Made by a program: the position numbers and the translations under genes. The notes under the pieces were generated by a model, which did no database searches, was not told where the DNA came from, and was given only the letters and a program-made list of their open reading frames with translations. Below are positions 41,607 to 52,991 of a stretch of 64,000 nt of DNA, one piece after another; position 1 is the first letter of the stretch; every line of letters starts with the position of its first letter. Origin of the DNA: an uncultured Chloroflexia bacterium (GTDB taxonomy: Bacteria; Chloroflexota; Anaerolineae; CG2-30-64-16); NCBI GenBank assembly GCA_963774265.1, contig CAVZDU010000010.1:1-64000 (forward strand). The letters are read 5' to 3'.

Positions 41607-42684
41607 ATGACAACGCTACAACCGATCGATCGGACGTGGATGTCCGCCGATGATATCTACGCTGAGCTCAAGGCGCGCATTGGCGAGTACACACCGGATT
41701 TTGAGTTGCGCGTCAAGGCCGAGCTGGCCTATGAGATCAACCAGCTCAAGCTCGAGCGCAATGCCGTCATTCTTGGGCACAACTACATGGAGCCGGCCCT
41801 CTTCCACTCGGTGCCCGACTTCGTGGGCGATTCGCTGGACCTCTGCGCGCAAGGCCGCCGCAACAGACAAGGACGTGATCGTGTTCTGCGGCGTGCGATT
41901 CATGGCCGAGACCGCCAAGATCCTCAACCCGACTAAGACGGTGCTGATCCCGTCGCTGAAGGCGGGCTGCTCGCTGGCGGCCAGCATCACCGCGGACGAT
42001 GTGCGCAGCCTGAAGGCGCGCTTCCCGGGCGTGCCCGTGGTGACCTACGTGAACACCTATGCCGACGTCAAGGCCGAGAGCGACGTCTGCTGCACCTCGG
42101 GCAATGCGGTCGCAGTTGCAAAGCGCTTGGGCGCCGACACCTTCATCTTCCTGCCGGACGAGTACCTGGCGCGCAACGTGGCGCGCGAGATCCGGCAAGC
42201 ACATCATCATCCCGCGCAAGCTGCCCAACGGAGAGCTGGAAGTCGACACGAACCGAGCCCTACGACATGGTCGGGTGGGGCGGCCGGTGCGAGGTGCACG
42301 AGAAGTTCAGCGTGCGCGATATCGAGGCCGTGCGCGCCCAGTTCCCCGACGTGGTGATCCTGTCGCACCCCGAGTGCAGCCCGGAGGTGGTGGCCGCGTC
42401 CGATTTCTCCGGCAGCACGAACGCCATGATCCGGTACGTCGAGCAGACTGCAGGCCCCGCGCTATCTGCTGTTGACCGAATGCTCGATGGGCGAGAATGT
42501 GGCCGCGGCGAACCCGGACAAGGAGATGCTGCGCCTGTGCAGCGTTCGCTGCCCGCACATGAACCAGATCACCCTTGAGATGACGCGCGACGCGCTCAAA
42601 TACATGCAGTATGTGACCGAGGTGCCGGAGGAGATTCGCGTCCGCGCCTACCGCGCCGTGCGGCGGATGCTCGATATCGGATGA
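41607..42684 (+). CDS. nadA: Quinolinate synthase, with about 3-4 apparent frameshifts
   Basis: [45 protein letters not shown] and CPHM across frames. Confidence 0.9.
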
Positions 42685-42698
42685 GCCTCCTTTCGATG

Positions 42699-42736
42699 AC
42701 ATTAAAGAACGCGCCAGGCGGCGCGTTCTTTAATGT
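42699..42736. terminator. Perfect 17-bp hairpin after nadA (intrinsic, possibly bidirectional terminator)
   Basis: acattaaagaacgcgcc-aggc-ggcgcgttctttaatgt. Confidence 0.8.
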
Positions 42737-42743
42737 TTGCCCC

Positions 42744-42784
42744 TTGACATCTGTTCCCAAGTCGTATAATGTATAATGTATAAC
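42744..42784 (+). promoter_or_regulatory. Promoter of the GntR cluster with three tandem GTATAA(T/C) repeats
   Basis: TTGACA at 42744 and TATAAT at 42765 (15-nt spacer). Repeats gtataat-gtataat-gtataac at 42764-42784. Confidence 0.6.
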
Positions 42785-42871
42785 AATTGAATTCCTCTCA
42801 CGCGCGTCGACGGCATCCGATCGTACGCGTGGTCGCAGCAAGTAAGCCATCTCTGTCTCGAGGCAGTTCAA

Positions 42872-43624
42872 ATGATCGTTCGCCGCATGAGCCGGTCGGA
42901 AGAAGTCGAGCGGGCGCTCCTGGATCAACTGGAGTCGCTTGCCGGTCTTGATGGTCGTCTGCCTACGGAAGCCGAGATCGCCGGGATGTTCGGCGTCAGC
43001 CGCGGCACAGTTCGCGCGGCGGTCGGAGCGTTGGCGACGCGCGGACTGGTGGTGCGGAGGCAGGGCATGGGCACCTTCCTCAACCATATCGCCCATCTGC
43101 GCAACCCCATCGACCAGGCCATCGACTTCTGCGACGTCATTGCACGCAACGGCCGCGAGCCCGGGCGCCGATTTGTCAGGACCGCCATCGAGCCTCCTGG
43201 TCCTGAGGCCGCGGCTGCGCTGGGATTGTTTGACCAGCCTGCGCTCATTCGCCATACGATCTTCACGGCAGATGGCAACCCCGTCATATACTGCGTGAAC
43301 ACGCTCCCGCTGGCTATCGTCACACCTACACTTGCGGAGCGGATCGTCGCCGACCCTGTCATCTCCGAGCCGCTTTACGACTTTCTCGAGAGGGAATGCG
43401 GCCAGCGGCTGGAGTACCACGCTTCCACGATCTGGCCGGCCCTGGCCACTGACTGCAACATGCTTGAGCCGGTCTGCCATCCGCTCTCGCCTGTGTTGGT
43501 GATCGAGGAGACCGGCTTCAACTCGAGTGCGTTGCCCATCCTGCACTCTCGTGAGATGTACCCGGATGCCTTCATGCGTTTTGAGATGATCCGACGTCGA
43601 GGCCGCTCCGTTGAGTGCAACTGA
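42872..43624 (+). CDS. GntR-family regulator (HutC-type, UTRA domain)
   Basis: LPTE..IA..FGVSR.TVR.A...L...GLV.R.QGMGTF, followed by a UTRA-like C-terminus. Confidence 0.9.
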   Translation: MIVRRMSRSEEVERALLDQLESLAGLDGRLPTEAEIAGMFGVSRGTVRAAVGALATRGLVVRRQGMGTFLNHIAHLRNPIDQAIDFCDVIARNGREPGRRFVRTAIEPPGPEAAAALGLFDQPALIRHTIFTADGNPVIYCVNTLPLAIVTPTLAERIVADPVISEPLYDFLERECGQRLEYHASTIWPALATDCNMLEPVCHPLSPVLVIEETGFNSSALPILHSREMYPDAFMRFEMIRRRGRSVECN

Positions 43625-44861
43625 CGCAGCGGCGCAACTCACGCCGACCGCGCTGCGTCGCGACGAGGTTGGTCTGCTCGCGCGTATCTTGCCGGCCCGT
43701 CTGCTGCTGAACGCCCAGTTTCGCTTGGTCTATCCATTTTTGCCCGCTATTGCGCGCGGCCTCGGCGTGCCGCTTGAAACCGCAGCACTACTCATCGCGT
43801 TTCGCGCGGCCTTCGGCGCGATCAGCCCCTTGTTTGGCCTCCTCGCTGACCGGATCGGGCGCAAGCCGCTGATGGTCGTGGGCGTGGCAGCCCTGGTTCT
43901 TGGCGCGGTCGTGGTGGCCTCTGGCCAGGGGTTCGGCGTCGTCTTGCTCGGCTTTGGACTGTTGGGCATCGCGCAGTCGGCCTATGATCCCGCCATGCAG
44001 GCTTATGTCAGTGACGTCGTGCCGCAGGAGAGGCGAGGCCGTGCCCTGGGCATTGTGGAACTTTCCTGGGCTGGATCCTGGCTGATCGGTGTGCCCGCGA
44101 CCGGCTTCCTGATGGCACGCTGGGGGTGGCAATCGCCTTTCGTAGCGATCGCGGTTCTGGGTTTTTTGTGCGTCTTGCTGACGTTGACCATCAGGGAAGT
44201 AGTGCGTCCTCACCTGCACTACGTTGCACGCAGCGAGGCGCAAGCGTCGACTACGCCACTTCGTGGCTCTGCTGAGAATGCTGGGCTGCCTGGTGCCGTG
44301 CTGCCCCGGCCGGTTGTCTTCGCCCTCGCAGCCAGTGCGCTGATTCTCTTTGCCAACGAAACCCTTTTTCTCGTCTACGGCGTCCTCATGGAGGAGCGCT
44401 TCGGCCTGACGCTGGGTGCATTGGGCGTGGCCTCGATCGTGGTCAGCCTGGCGGAGTTGACTGGCGCGAGCGCGGTCGTGGCCTTGGCCGATCGGATGGG
44501 CAAGCGCCGGTCGCTGATCATTGGCTTGTTGTTCAACGCAGTGTGCTTTGCCCTGCTGCCGCTCACTGGCGTTGCCCTGCCCATGGCCCTGGCGGGGCTT
44601 GCCGTCGTCGCGCTGACGTCCGAGTTTTCGGTCGTGACCTCGATACCCTTGCTTTCCGGACTGGCCGATCACTCACGCGGACTGGTCATGGCGTTGCGGA
44701 CCGCCCTCATGTGGGGTATGGTCATCATCGCTTCATTCGTCGCACCCCGGCTGTGGCAAGCGTTCGGTCTGCCAGCAGTGGCGGCAACGTCAGCGGCTTC
44801 CGTTCTGCTGGCCGCGCTGATCGTGTGGCGCGGCATCCAGTCGGACACTCTTTCACTCTGA
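43611..44861 (+). CDS. MFS transporter
   Basis: G.LADRIGRK and ADRMGKRR motif A, about 12 TM helices. Confidence 0.9.
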   Translation: MSATDAAAQLTPTALRRDEVGLLARILPARLLLNAQFRLVYPFLPAIARGLGVPLETAALLIAFRAAFGAISPLFGLLADRIGRKPLMVVGVAALVLGAVVVASGQGFGVVLLGFGLLGIAQSAYDPAMQAYVSDVVPQERRGRALGIVELSWAGSWLIGVPATGFLMARWGWQSPFVAIAVLGFLCVLLTLTIREVVRPHLHYVARSEAQASTTPLRGSAENAGLPGAVLPRPVVFALAASALILFANETLFLVYGVLMEERFGLTLGALGVASIVVSLAELTGASAVVALADRMGKRRSLIIGLLFNAVCFALLPLTGVALPMALAGLAVVALTSEFSVVTSIPLLSGLADHSRGLVMALRTALMWGMVIIASFVAPRLWQAFGLPAVAATSAASVLLAALIVWRGIQSDTLSL

Positions 44862-44900
44862 TTCGCACATCACGTATCACCACCCAAGGAGGCGTTGTAC

Positions 44901-46273
44901 ATGCGTAGCAACTGGTTACCCGAGATCGTCAAGCGGGCGCAATCCGGTCCCTACATGAAGGAGTCCGACTTTGACCTGAAACTGACCCGGCGCATCAAGG
45001 AGTTGGTCCGGGAGAAGGGCATCAAGTACGATGCCAGTAACCTGTGCCCGGCGGACGACGACATGGCCGATCGCGTCTGGGAAGCGGGCCTGCAACTCTT
45101 CGTCGAGATGGGCGCATACTGCCAGTCCACCGAGCGCTGCATCAGATTCACGCGCGCGACGAAGTGTTCGAGCTTCTGCGCCAGGAGCCGGGCGCGGTGA
45201 CACTCGGCACGGGCAAAGACGCGGTGGTGATGCGGCATCGCGGGGTCGAGGATACCCAACGCGCGATCATGCACTCCGGTCCCACCGGTCTGCCCAGCAG
45301 CGAGAAGCACCATCCGTTGATCCTGCTCTCCTGCGCACAGGAGCCGTTGGTCGACTGCCTCGGCGCAGGCTCCGTCTCCACGTATTTCGGCGAGAAGATC
45401 CTGCCGGGCACACCGCTGGAAATTCTCGGCGCGCGCCGCGATGCCTCAGTGGCACGCGAGGCGGTCCGCATGGCTGGTCGCCCTGGCATGCACATTAATG
45501 ATGTCGCAGTGCCTCTTACGTGTGCGGGCAAGATGGCGGCGTGCGATCCCCAGACCGGCCTGCGGCCCTCCGACGGGTTCCTGGTCTCCCAAATGGTCGA
45601 GCTGAAGACGGACTTCGACCAGCTCTCGCGCGTCGCCTATCTGAAAAGCGTCGGCATGGTGAACGTGGACCTGATGACGCCGCTGATCGGCGGCGTGGGC
45701 GGCGCGGCGCCCGGAACGGCGGTGGTCTCAGTGGCAGATCACCTGCTGGGCGTGGTGCTCTACGACTCCGACTATCACATGTTCTCGCTGACCCACCTGC
45801 ACTACGTGAATAACACTGATCCGCTGGGTCTGTGGGTGGAGTCGATGGTCGGACAGGCGCTGGCGCGCAACAGCAAGATCGTGACGCTGAACGATATCTA
45901 CGTCGTCTCCGGCCCCGGCACGAAGGAACTGTTCTACGAATGCGCAGCAGGAGCGGTCGTCACGACTGTCTGCGGATTCAACATGCAGGGCGCGGGCACC
46001 ACGGGTGGCTTCTTCGCCGATCGTGTGACCGGCCTGGAGGCGCGCTTTATCGCCGAGGCGTCGCGCGCGTCGCTGGGCCTGACCCGTCAGGACGCAGCCC
46101 AACTCGTGCAGCAGATTCTGCCTCGCTACCAGGCGACCATCACCAGCCCGAACCGCGGCCGGCCGTTCAATGAGGTGTACAACGTCGAAACCGTGCAGCC
46201 CACTGCGGAGTGGCTCGACATGTACTATGCCGTGAAGGAAGACCTGCGTGGCATGGGCTTGAAGCTGGCGTAG
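44901..46273 (+). CDS. MtmB-family corrinoid methyltransferase without pyrrolysine (copy 1), apparent frameshift near 45155
   Basis: RAQSGP....DFD, PADDDMADRV..AG, GAYC..TER...FT, AGRPGM, ELKTD, GPGT, GLEARF and G.PF.E.Y.V match MtmB. The Pyl-equivalent codon is AAT (Asn) at 45497. Confidence 0.8.
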
Positions 46274-46302
46274 CCCGGCCCATTATCTTAGGAGCAGACC
46301 AA

Positions 46303-46962
46303 ATGAGCATTTCTGATGACATCAAGAGCCGCCTTTCCAATGCGCTCATCGACGGCGACGCGGACCTTGCCGAGGAGGCCACGGTCGAGGCGCTGGGGGC
46401 CGGTGCGGATCCGGTTGCGCTCATCAACGACGTCATGATCCCGGCGTTGACGGTGGTTGGTGACCAATTCCAACGCGGCGAGGTTTTCCTGCCCGAGTTG
46501 ATGATGGCGGGCGATGCGGCGCAACGCGTGTCCAATCACGTTGAGGCGGCCATCGTAGCGCAGGGTAAGACCACCGAGCCGAAGGGCACGGTGGTGATCG
46601 GCACCGTCATGGGTGACATCCACGACATCGGCAAGAACATTGTGGTGACTATGCTCAAGGCGCACGGTTTCAAAGTCGTGGACCTGGGCCGCAATGTCAC
46701 ACCGAGCACCTTCCTGACCGCCGGGCAGGAGAATAGGGCGGACGTCATCGCCATGTCATCCCTGATGACGACCACCCGGCCCATGATCGAGAACACCATC
46801 AATCTCTTCGGCGAAGTCGGCGCGCGCGATAAGTTCAAGATGATCGTGGGCGGCGGCTGCGTGACCGAAGAGTGGGCTGCGACCCTCGGCGTGGACGGCT
46901 ATTCGCCTGATGCAGTGGGCGCGGTCGAGCTGTGCAAGAAGTTCTCTGCCCGGGTGTCTTGA
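46303..46962 (+). CDS. Corrinoid (B12-binding) protein, MtmC/MttC-like (copy 1)
   Basis: Four-helix cap (F..GEVFLPELM), GDIHDIGKN (DxHxxG), SSLMTTT and VGGG. Confidence 0.93.
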   Translation: MSISDDIKSRLSNALIDGDADLAEEATVEALGAGADPVALINDVMIPALTVVGDQFQRGEVFLPELMMAGDAAQRVSNHVEAAIVAQGKTTEPKGTVVIGTVMGDIHDIGKNIVVTMLKAHGFKVVDLGRNVTPSTFLTAGQENRADVIAMSSLMTTTRPMIENTINLFGEVGARDKFKMIVGGGCVTEEWAATLGVDGYSPDAVGAVELCKKFSARVS

Positions 46963-46987
46963 CAATGTCCGTGTGGCCGCATATAGT
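46959..46987 (+). promoter_or_regulatory. Internal near-consensus sigma70 promoter ahead of the second corrinoid/MtmB module
   Basis: TTGACA (46959) - 17 nt - TATAGT (46982). Confidence 0.6.
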
Positions 46988-47034
46988 GGGGCGCAACTCC
47001 CTTTCTGCGGTCCTCTCTTTTTGGCAGGTGACCT

Positions 47035-47718
47035 ATGGATCAATCAGGCAATCAGTCGTCGGAGATGCGGGCTCGTCTCCGAAGCGCAATCGAGGGACTG
47101 GATGAGGCCGACGCGGTAGCCCTTGCTCGCGAGGCGCTGGCGGCCGGTCTGTCGCCGCTGGACTTCTTCAGGGCGGTGATTGAGCCGGAGCTGACCGCGA
47201 TCGGCGACGCCTTTTCCCGGCTTGAGGTCTTCTTGCCCGACCTGATGCGTGCGGGCGTCATCGTCAAGGCCGTGCAGAGCGAGGTGCTGGAGCCCGCCAT
47301 TCGACAGTCGGGCGGCGCCAGCACTTCGGAAGGTGCGGTGGTGATCGGCACGGCCCAGGGCGACATTCACGACATCGGCAAGAATATGGTTGCCCTGATG
47401 CTGCAGGTCAATGGCTTCCGGGTGACCGATCTGGGAACGAATGTGTCGACGCAAGCGGTTCTTGACGCCGCGCGGCGGGAGAACGCGGATATCATCGCGA
47501 TGTCATCGCTGCTCACGACGTCCCTTCCCTTCGTCAAGGATGTGTTGGCACGGCTGGACGCTGCGGGCGAGCGGAAGCGGTTCATGGTGATTGCAGGCGG
47601 CGCGCCGGTGACGGCGGAGTGGTCGCAAGCCGCGGGGCTGGACGGATTTGCGGAAGATGCTGTGGAAGCCGTGTCCATGTGTCGCGGCCTGATGGCGCGG
47701 CGCAAGGGGGCGGCATGA
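47035..47718 (+). CDS. Corrinoid (B12-binding) protein, MtmC/MttC-like (copy 2)
   Basis: VFLPDLM, GDIHDIGKN, SSLLTTS and GGAPV. Confidence 0.93.
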   Translation: MDQSGNQSSEMRARLRSAIEGLDEADAVALAREALAAGLSPLDFFRAVIEPELTAIGDAFSRLEVFLPDLMRAGVIVKAVQSEVLEPAIRQSGGASTSEGAVVIGTAQGDIHDIGKNMVALMLQVNGFRVTDLGTNVSTQAVLDAARRENADIIAMSSLLTTSLPFVKDVLARLDAAGERKRFMVIAGGAPVTAEWSQAAGLDGFAEDAVEAVSMCRGLMARRKGAA

Positions 47719-49097
47719 GAAACACTACCCGTTTACTCGACGTGCTTGACCGGGCCGAAACCGGTCCGATCGTCGAGGAGCTCCAATGGGATATGCAGAT
47801 CGTGCCGCACGCCGTGATGGGCCTTCTGGCCGAATACAAGATCAAGATGCCCGCCGTAGCCGAGTCTGTGGTGACCACAGATGATGCCCTGGCGGATCGG
47901 CTCTTCGAGGCCGGCTTCCGCCTTGCCGAGCAGCTCGGCGCGTTCTGTGTCAGCACCAGCCGGCGGATCCAATTCACCCGCGAGGAGATTCGAGCGGCTT
48001 TGGAGGTCGCGCCGGTCGAAGTGACCATCGGTGAGGGCAACGACCGGGTCACGGAACGTAAGCGGAAGGTCGAGGACCGCCTGCCGCCGTTCATCAAGGG
48101 TGGCGGGGTCGGTACGCCCCTTCCGGAGGACCTCTATCTGCCGGTCACACAGTCCTACGCGCAGGAGCCGTTGATCGATGCGGTCATCAACTGCACATTG
48201 AGCCACGTTTATGGCCGTGAGCTGCGCAGCCGGACGCCCTGGGAGGTGCTGGCTGCATGGCATGAGATCGAGCTGTCCAAGGCGGCATGTAAGCGCGCGG
48301 GCCGGCCGGGCCTGGCCCTGGGCTGCGTAGAGAACGCGGTCTCGGAGATCGGCGAGTTATCCGGCACGTCGCACGGCGGCTTCAGCACCCAGGATTGGCA
48401 TCACATCGCCATGATCTCAGAGTTCAAGACCGATTACATGGCGCTGAGCAAGCTGGCGCACCTGGTGCGCACCGGCAGCGTGATCCACGCCTTCTATAAC
48501 ACCATCTACGGCGGCTCATGCGGCGGGCGGGATGGCATGGCGCTGGCGATCGTCTCGGGCTGCATCCTGCTTCAGATGCTCTACATGACCAATACGCACT
48601 CGGTGTCGCCCGCGCATCCCTTTTATGACAACGACACGACGCCGGAGATCCTCCAGGCCATCAGCCTGGCCCAGCAGGCGCTGGCGCGCAATTCCCGGCT
48701 GATGACCGACGTGGTGATCACCCCTGTGGGTGGTCCCGGCACGAAGACGCTGCTCTACGAGTGCGCGGCGATGGCGATCATGTCGGCAGCCTCGGGCGCG
48801 ACCGGCCTGATCGGCCCGCGCTCCGCAGCCGGCGTCAATATCGCGCACGTGTCAGGGCTGGAGGCGCGTTTCACGGCCGAGGTGGCGCGTGCGGCATCCG
48901 GCATGTCGCGCGGCGATGCCGATGGCATCGTCCGCCTGCTGGTGGACCTGTACAAGCCTGACCTGAACAAGCGGCCCAAGGGCCAATCGTTCCAGGAGGT
49001 GTATGATGTGGTGACGGTCAAGCCGCGGTCCGCGTGGCTTGAGACGTACGAACAGGTGAAGGGCGAGCTCCGGCATATGGGATTGCCGCTCGCTTGA
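47715..49097 (+). CDS. MtmB-family corrinoid methyltransferase without pyrrolysine (copy 2)
   Basis: RAETGP, DDALADRLFEAG, GAFC..T.R.I.FT.EEI, AGRPGL, EFKTD, GPGT and SGLEARF..EVA. The Pyl-equivalent codon is GGC (Gly) at 48321. Confidence 0.85.
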   Translation: MRNTTRLLDVLDRAETGPIVEELQWDMQIVPHAVMGLLAEYKIKMPAVAESVVTTDDALADRLFEAGFRLAEQLGAFCVSTSRRIQFTREEIRAALEVAPVEVTIGEGNDRVTERKRKVEDRLPPFIKGGGVGTPLPEDLYLPVTQSYAQEPLIDAVINCTLSHVYGRELRSRTPWEVLAAWHEIELSKAACKRAGRPGLALGCVENAVSEIGELSGTSHGGFSTQDWHHIAMISEFKTDYMALSKLAHLVRTGSVIHAFYNTIYGGSCGGRDGMALAIVSGCILLQMLYMTNTHSVSPAHPFYDNDTTPEILQAISLAQQALARNSRLMTDVVITPVGGPGTKTLLYECAAMAIMSAASGATGLIGPRSAAGVNIAHVSGLEARFTAEVARAASGMSRGDADGIVRLLVDLYKPDLNKRPKGQSFQEVYDVVTVKPRSAWLETYEQVKGELRHMGLPLA

Positions 49098-49129
49098 AAC
49101 GTGCACATACGCACATATAGGAGGAGAAC

Positions 49130-50199
49130 ATGTTCAATCGAGTGATGGTCGTGCTCATGGTCGTTGCGCTGGTCCTAACGGCATGCGCGCCGGCCGCTGC
49201 CCCCACGCAAGCGCCTGCACAGGCCGCGCCAACCACGGCCCCTGCTGCGCCCGCGCCAACCAAGGCGCCTGAAGCAGCCGCTCCCGCGGCAGACAAGGGC
49301 AGCCTGGCCGTAATTCTGACCGGCCCTTGGGACGACAACTCCTGGAACGAGGCGGGGTACACCGCCGCGCAGGAACTCGGCAAGCAGGGCGTGAAGATCG
49401 CTTACTCTGAAAACGTGTCCGATGCCGATGCGCCGCGCGTGCTCCGCGAGTATGCCGACAAGGGCTTCCAGATGATCATCGCACACTCCTTTAGCTTCCA
49501 GGACGCCACGTTCCAGGTGGCGACGGAGTACCCGAAGGCCAACTTCGCCTGGGGTGGCGGCATCAAGAAAACCGCCAAGAACGTCGCCGACTATGATCAG
49601 CCGTTCTATCAGGCAGCCTTTCCCGTCGGCGTTATCGCGGGCCACATGAGCAAGACGGGCAAGCTGGGAGCGCTTTATGGCTTCGACATCCCGGTGTGCC
49701 ACGCGATGGGCGAGGCGCTGCTGGCCGGCGCCAAGACCGTCAACCCGAATGCGCAATTGATCGTGACAGCGGTGGGCGACTGGGTGGACGTGGCTAAGGC
49801 TAAGGAAGCCGCGCTGGCGCAGGCCGACGCGGGCGTCGACTTCTGGGTCGAATGTGGTGAGGGCCCGGCTCTGGGCACCATCGAGGCAGCTAAGGAACGC
49901 GGTGGCTATGTAACCGGCTACGTCGGTGACATGACTGAGAACGGTCCCGATGTCGTCCTGACGAACATCATGTGGGACCTGGTGCCCATGTTCAGCAAGA
50001 TGCTCGAGCAGACCCTCGACGGTTCGTTCGACAACCCATGGTACAACTACGGTGTGCCCCAGGGGGCATTGAAGATCAAGTACAACGATGCCTTGAAGAG
50101 CAAGATCCCCCCGAGGCGCTGGCTGCCGCGGAGAAGGTTTTTGAGGATATTAAGTTGGGCAAGTTCGAAGTGCCCTTCGTGGGCGAAGCAGCGAAGTAG
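49130..50199 (+). CDS. BMP/PnrA-family ABC substrate-binding lipoprotein (nucleoside/purine type), apparent frameshift near 50110
   Basis: Lipobox LTAC, Pro/Ala linker, D.SWN..G and GA..VNP. The second frame gives the end ...FEVPFVGEAAK-stop at 50199. Confidence 0.85.
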
Positions 50200-50205
50200 C
50201 ATCGC

Positions 50206-50228
50206 AGCGCAAGGGCACACCTTGCGCT
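50206..50228 (+). terminator. Hairpin directly after the binding-protein gene (terminator or mRNA stabiliser)
   Basis: agcgcaagg-gcaca-ccttgcgct. Confidence 0.5.
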
Positions 50229-50238
50229 AAGTCGGAGT

Positions 50239-50344
50239 AAGCCACAGAGGACGCAGTGCGCACGGAGATCAGGAGAGACCAGCCGGGCAGGACCCCTGCT
50301 CGTTTCTTGCACCATCTCTGAGTTCTCAGTGCCCTCTGTGGCTT
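50239..50344. repeat. Imperfect palindromic intergenic element with 9-nt-period arms
   Basis: aagccacagaggacgcagtgcgcacggagat ... atctctgagttctcagtgccctctgtggctt (outer 12 bp perfectly inverted). Related to the copy at about 29825-29853. Confidence 0.65.
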
Positions 50345-50369
50345 CGATCCGTGCAGGAGGCGTTCTGCG

Positions 50370-51916
<1,547 letters not shown>

Positions 51917-51920
<4 letters not shown>

Positions 51921-52991
51921 CGGCAGTCAAGATCGAGCGGAGCCGTACTGCGCAGGATGGCGCTCCCGCCTGGCTGCTCACCCTTGGCGCACCGCTGATC
52001 GGTGTGGCTGCAGGCCTGCTCATTGGCGCGCTATTAATCCTGCTTGCCGGCGCAGACCCGATCAAAGCGTACGCGGCCATGATGCGCGGTGCGTTCGGGG
52101 GCCGGCGGCAGATCGAAGAGACGCTGCTGAAGACTGCGCCGCTGCTGCTCATGGGGTTGGGGCTGACTGCGGCATTCCGCGGCGCGCGTATGGAACATCG
52201 GCGGCGAAGGGCAGTACTATATGGGAGCCCTGGCCGGCGGCGCCGTCGCGCTGAATTTTGCTGACCAATGGCCGCGGGTGATCTTGATCGTGGTTATGCT
52301 CCTGGCAGGCGTGCTCGGCGGCGCGCTATGGGCTGCGCTGGCGGCTCTTTTCAAGATCCGTCGCGGCATCAACGAAATCATCAGCACCCTCATGCTAAAC
52401 TACATCGCAATCCTCTTTATGGAGTACATGGCGCGCGGTCCTCTTCAGGAACCGGGAGGCTATCTGCCTGAGAGCGCCCAGTTGGCGGCTGCCGCTCGCA
52501 TGCCCGCGCTCTTTGGGAGCCGAATTCACGTTGGCGTCATCATCGCGCTGCTGATGATACCTGTTGTATATGCCCTGCTCTGGTCGACCCCCCTGGGATT
52601 TCGCCTGCGTGCCGTGGGCTCGCGATCGAGCGTTGCACGTTATGCGGGCATCAAAGTCGAGCGGCTTATCTTGTTTGTGCTCATGTTTTCCGGTGGGCTG
52701 GCAGGCTTAGCAGGCATCATCGAGGTGAGTTCGCTGCACACGCGGCTCAAGGGGAGTATCTCTGGCGATTATGGCTTCAGCGGCATCCTGGTGGCGCTCC
52801 TGGGCCGGATGCACCCCGTTGGTGTAGCGGTCGCAGCTGTCTTCTTTGCAGCGTTGACGATCGGCGCACAATCCATGCACGTGGTCTACCAGTTGCCGGT
52901 CACCCTTGCAGGCGCGGTGCAGGCGGTTGTCGTGCTTTGCGTCCTGGCTGCCGACGCCATCGCCCACGGCAAGTTTCACAGGGGGCAGTGA
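51917..52991 (+). CDS. ABC permease (NupB/YufP-like), apparent frameshift near 52185
   Basis: PLLLMGLG, WNIGGEGQ (second frame), NEIISTLMLNY, GFRLRAVG and GF.GILVALLG. Confidence 0.88.

Noticed and set aside
48328-48330. TAG close to the pyrrolysine position of MtmB-like 2
   Set aside because: It is out of frame (GTA GAG = Val-Glu), so there is no evidence of amber recoding. No pyl genes occur in the window.
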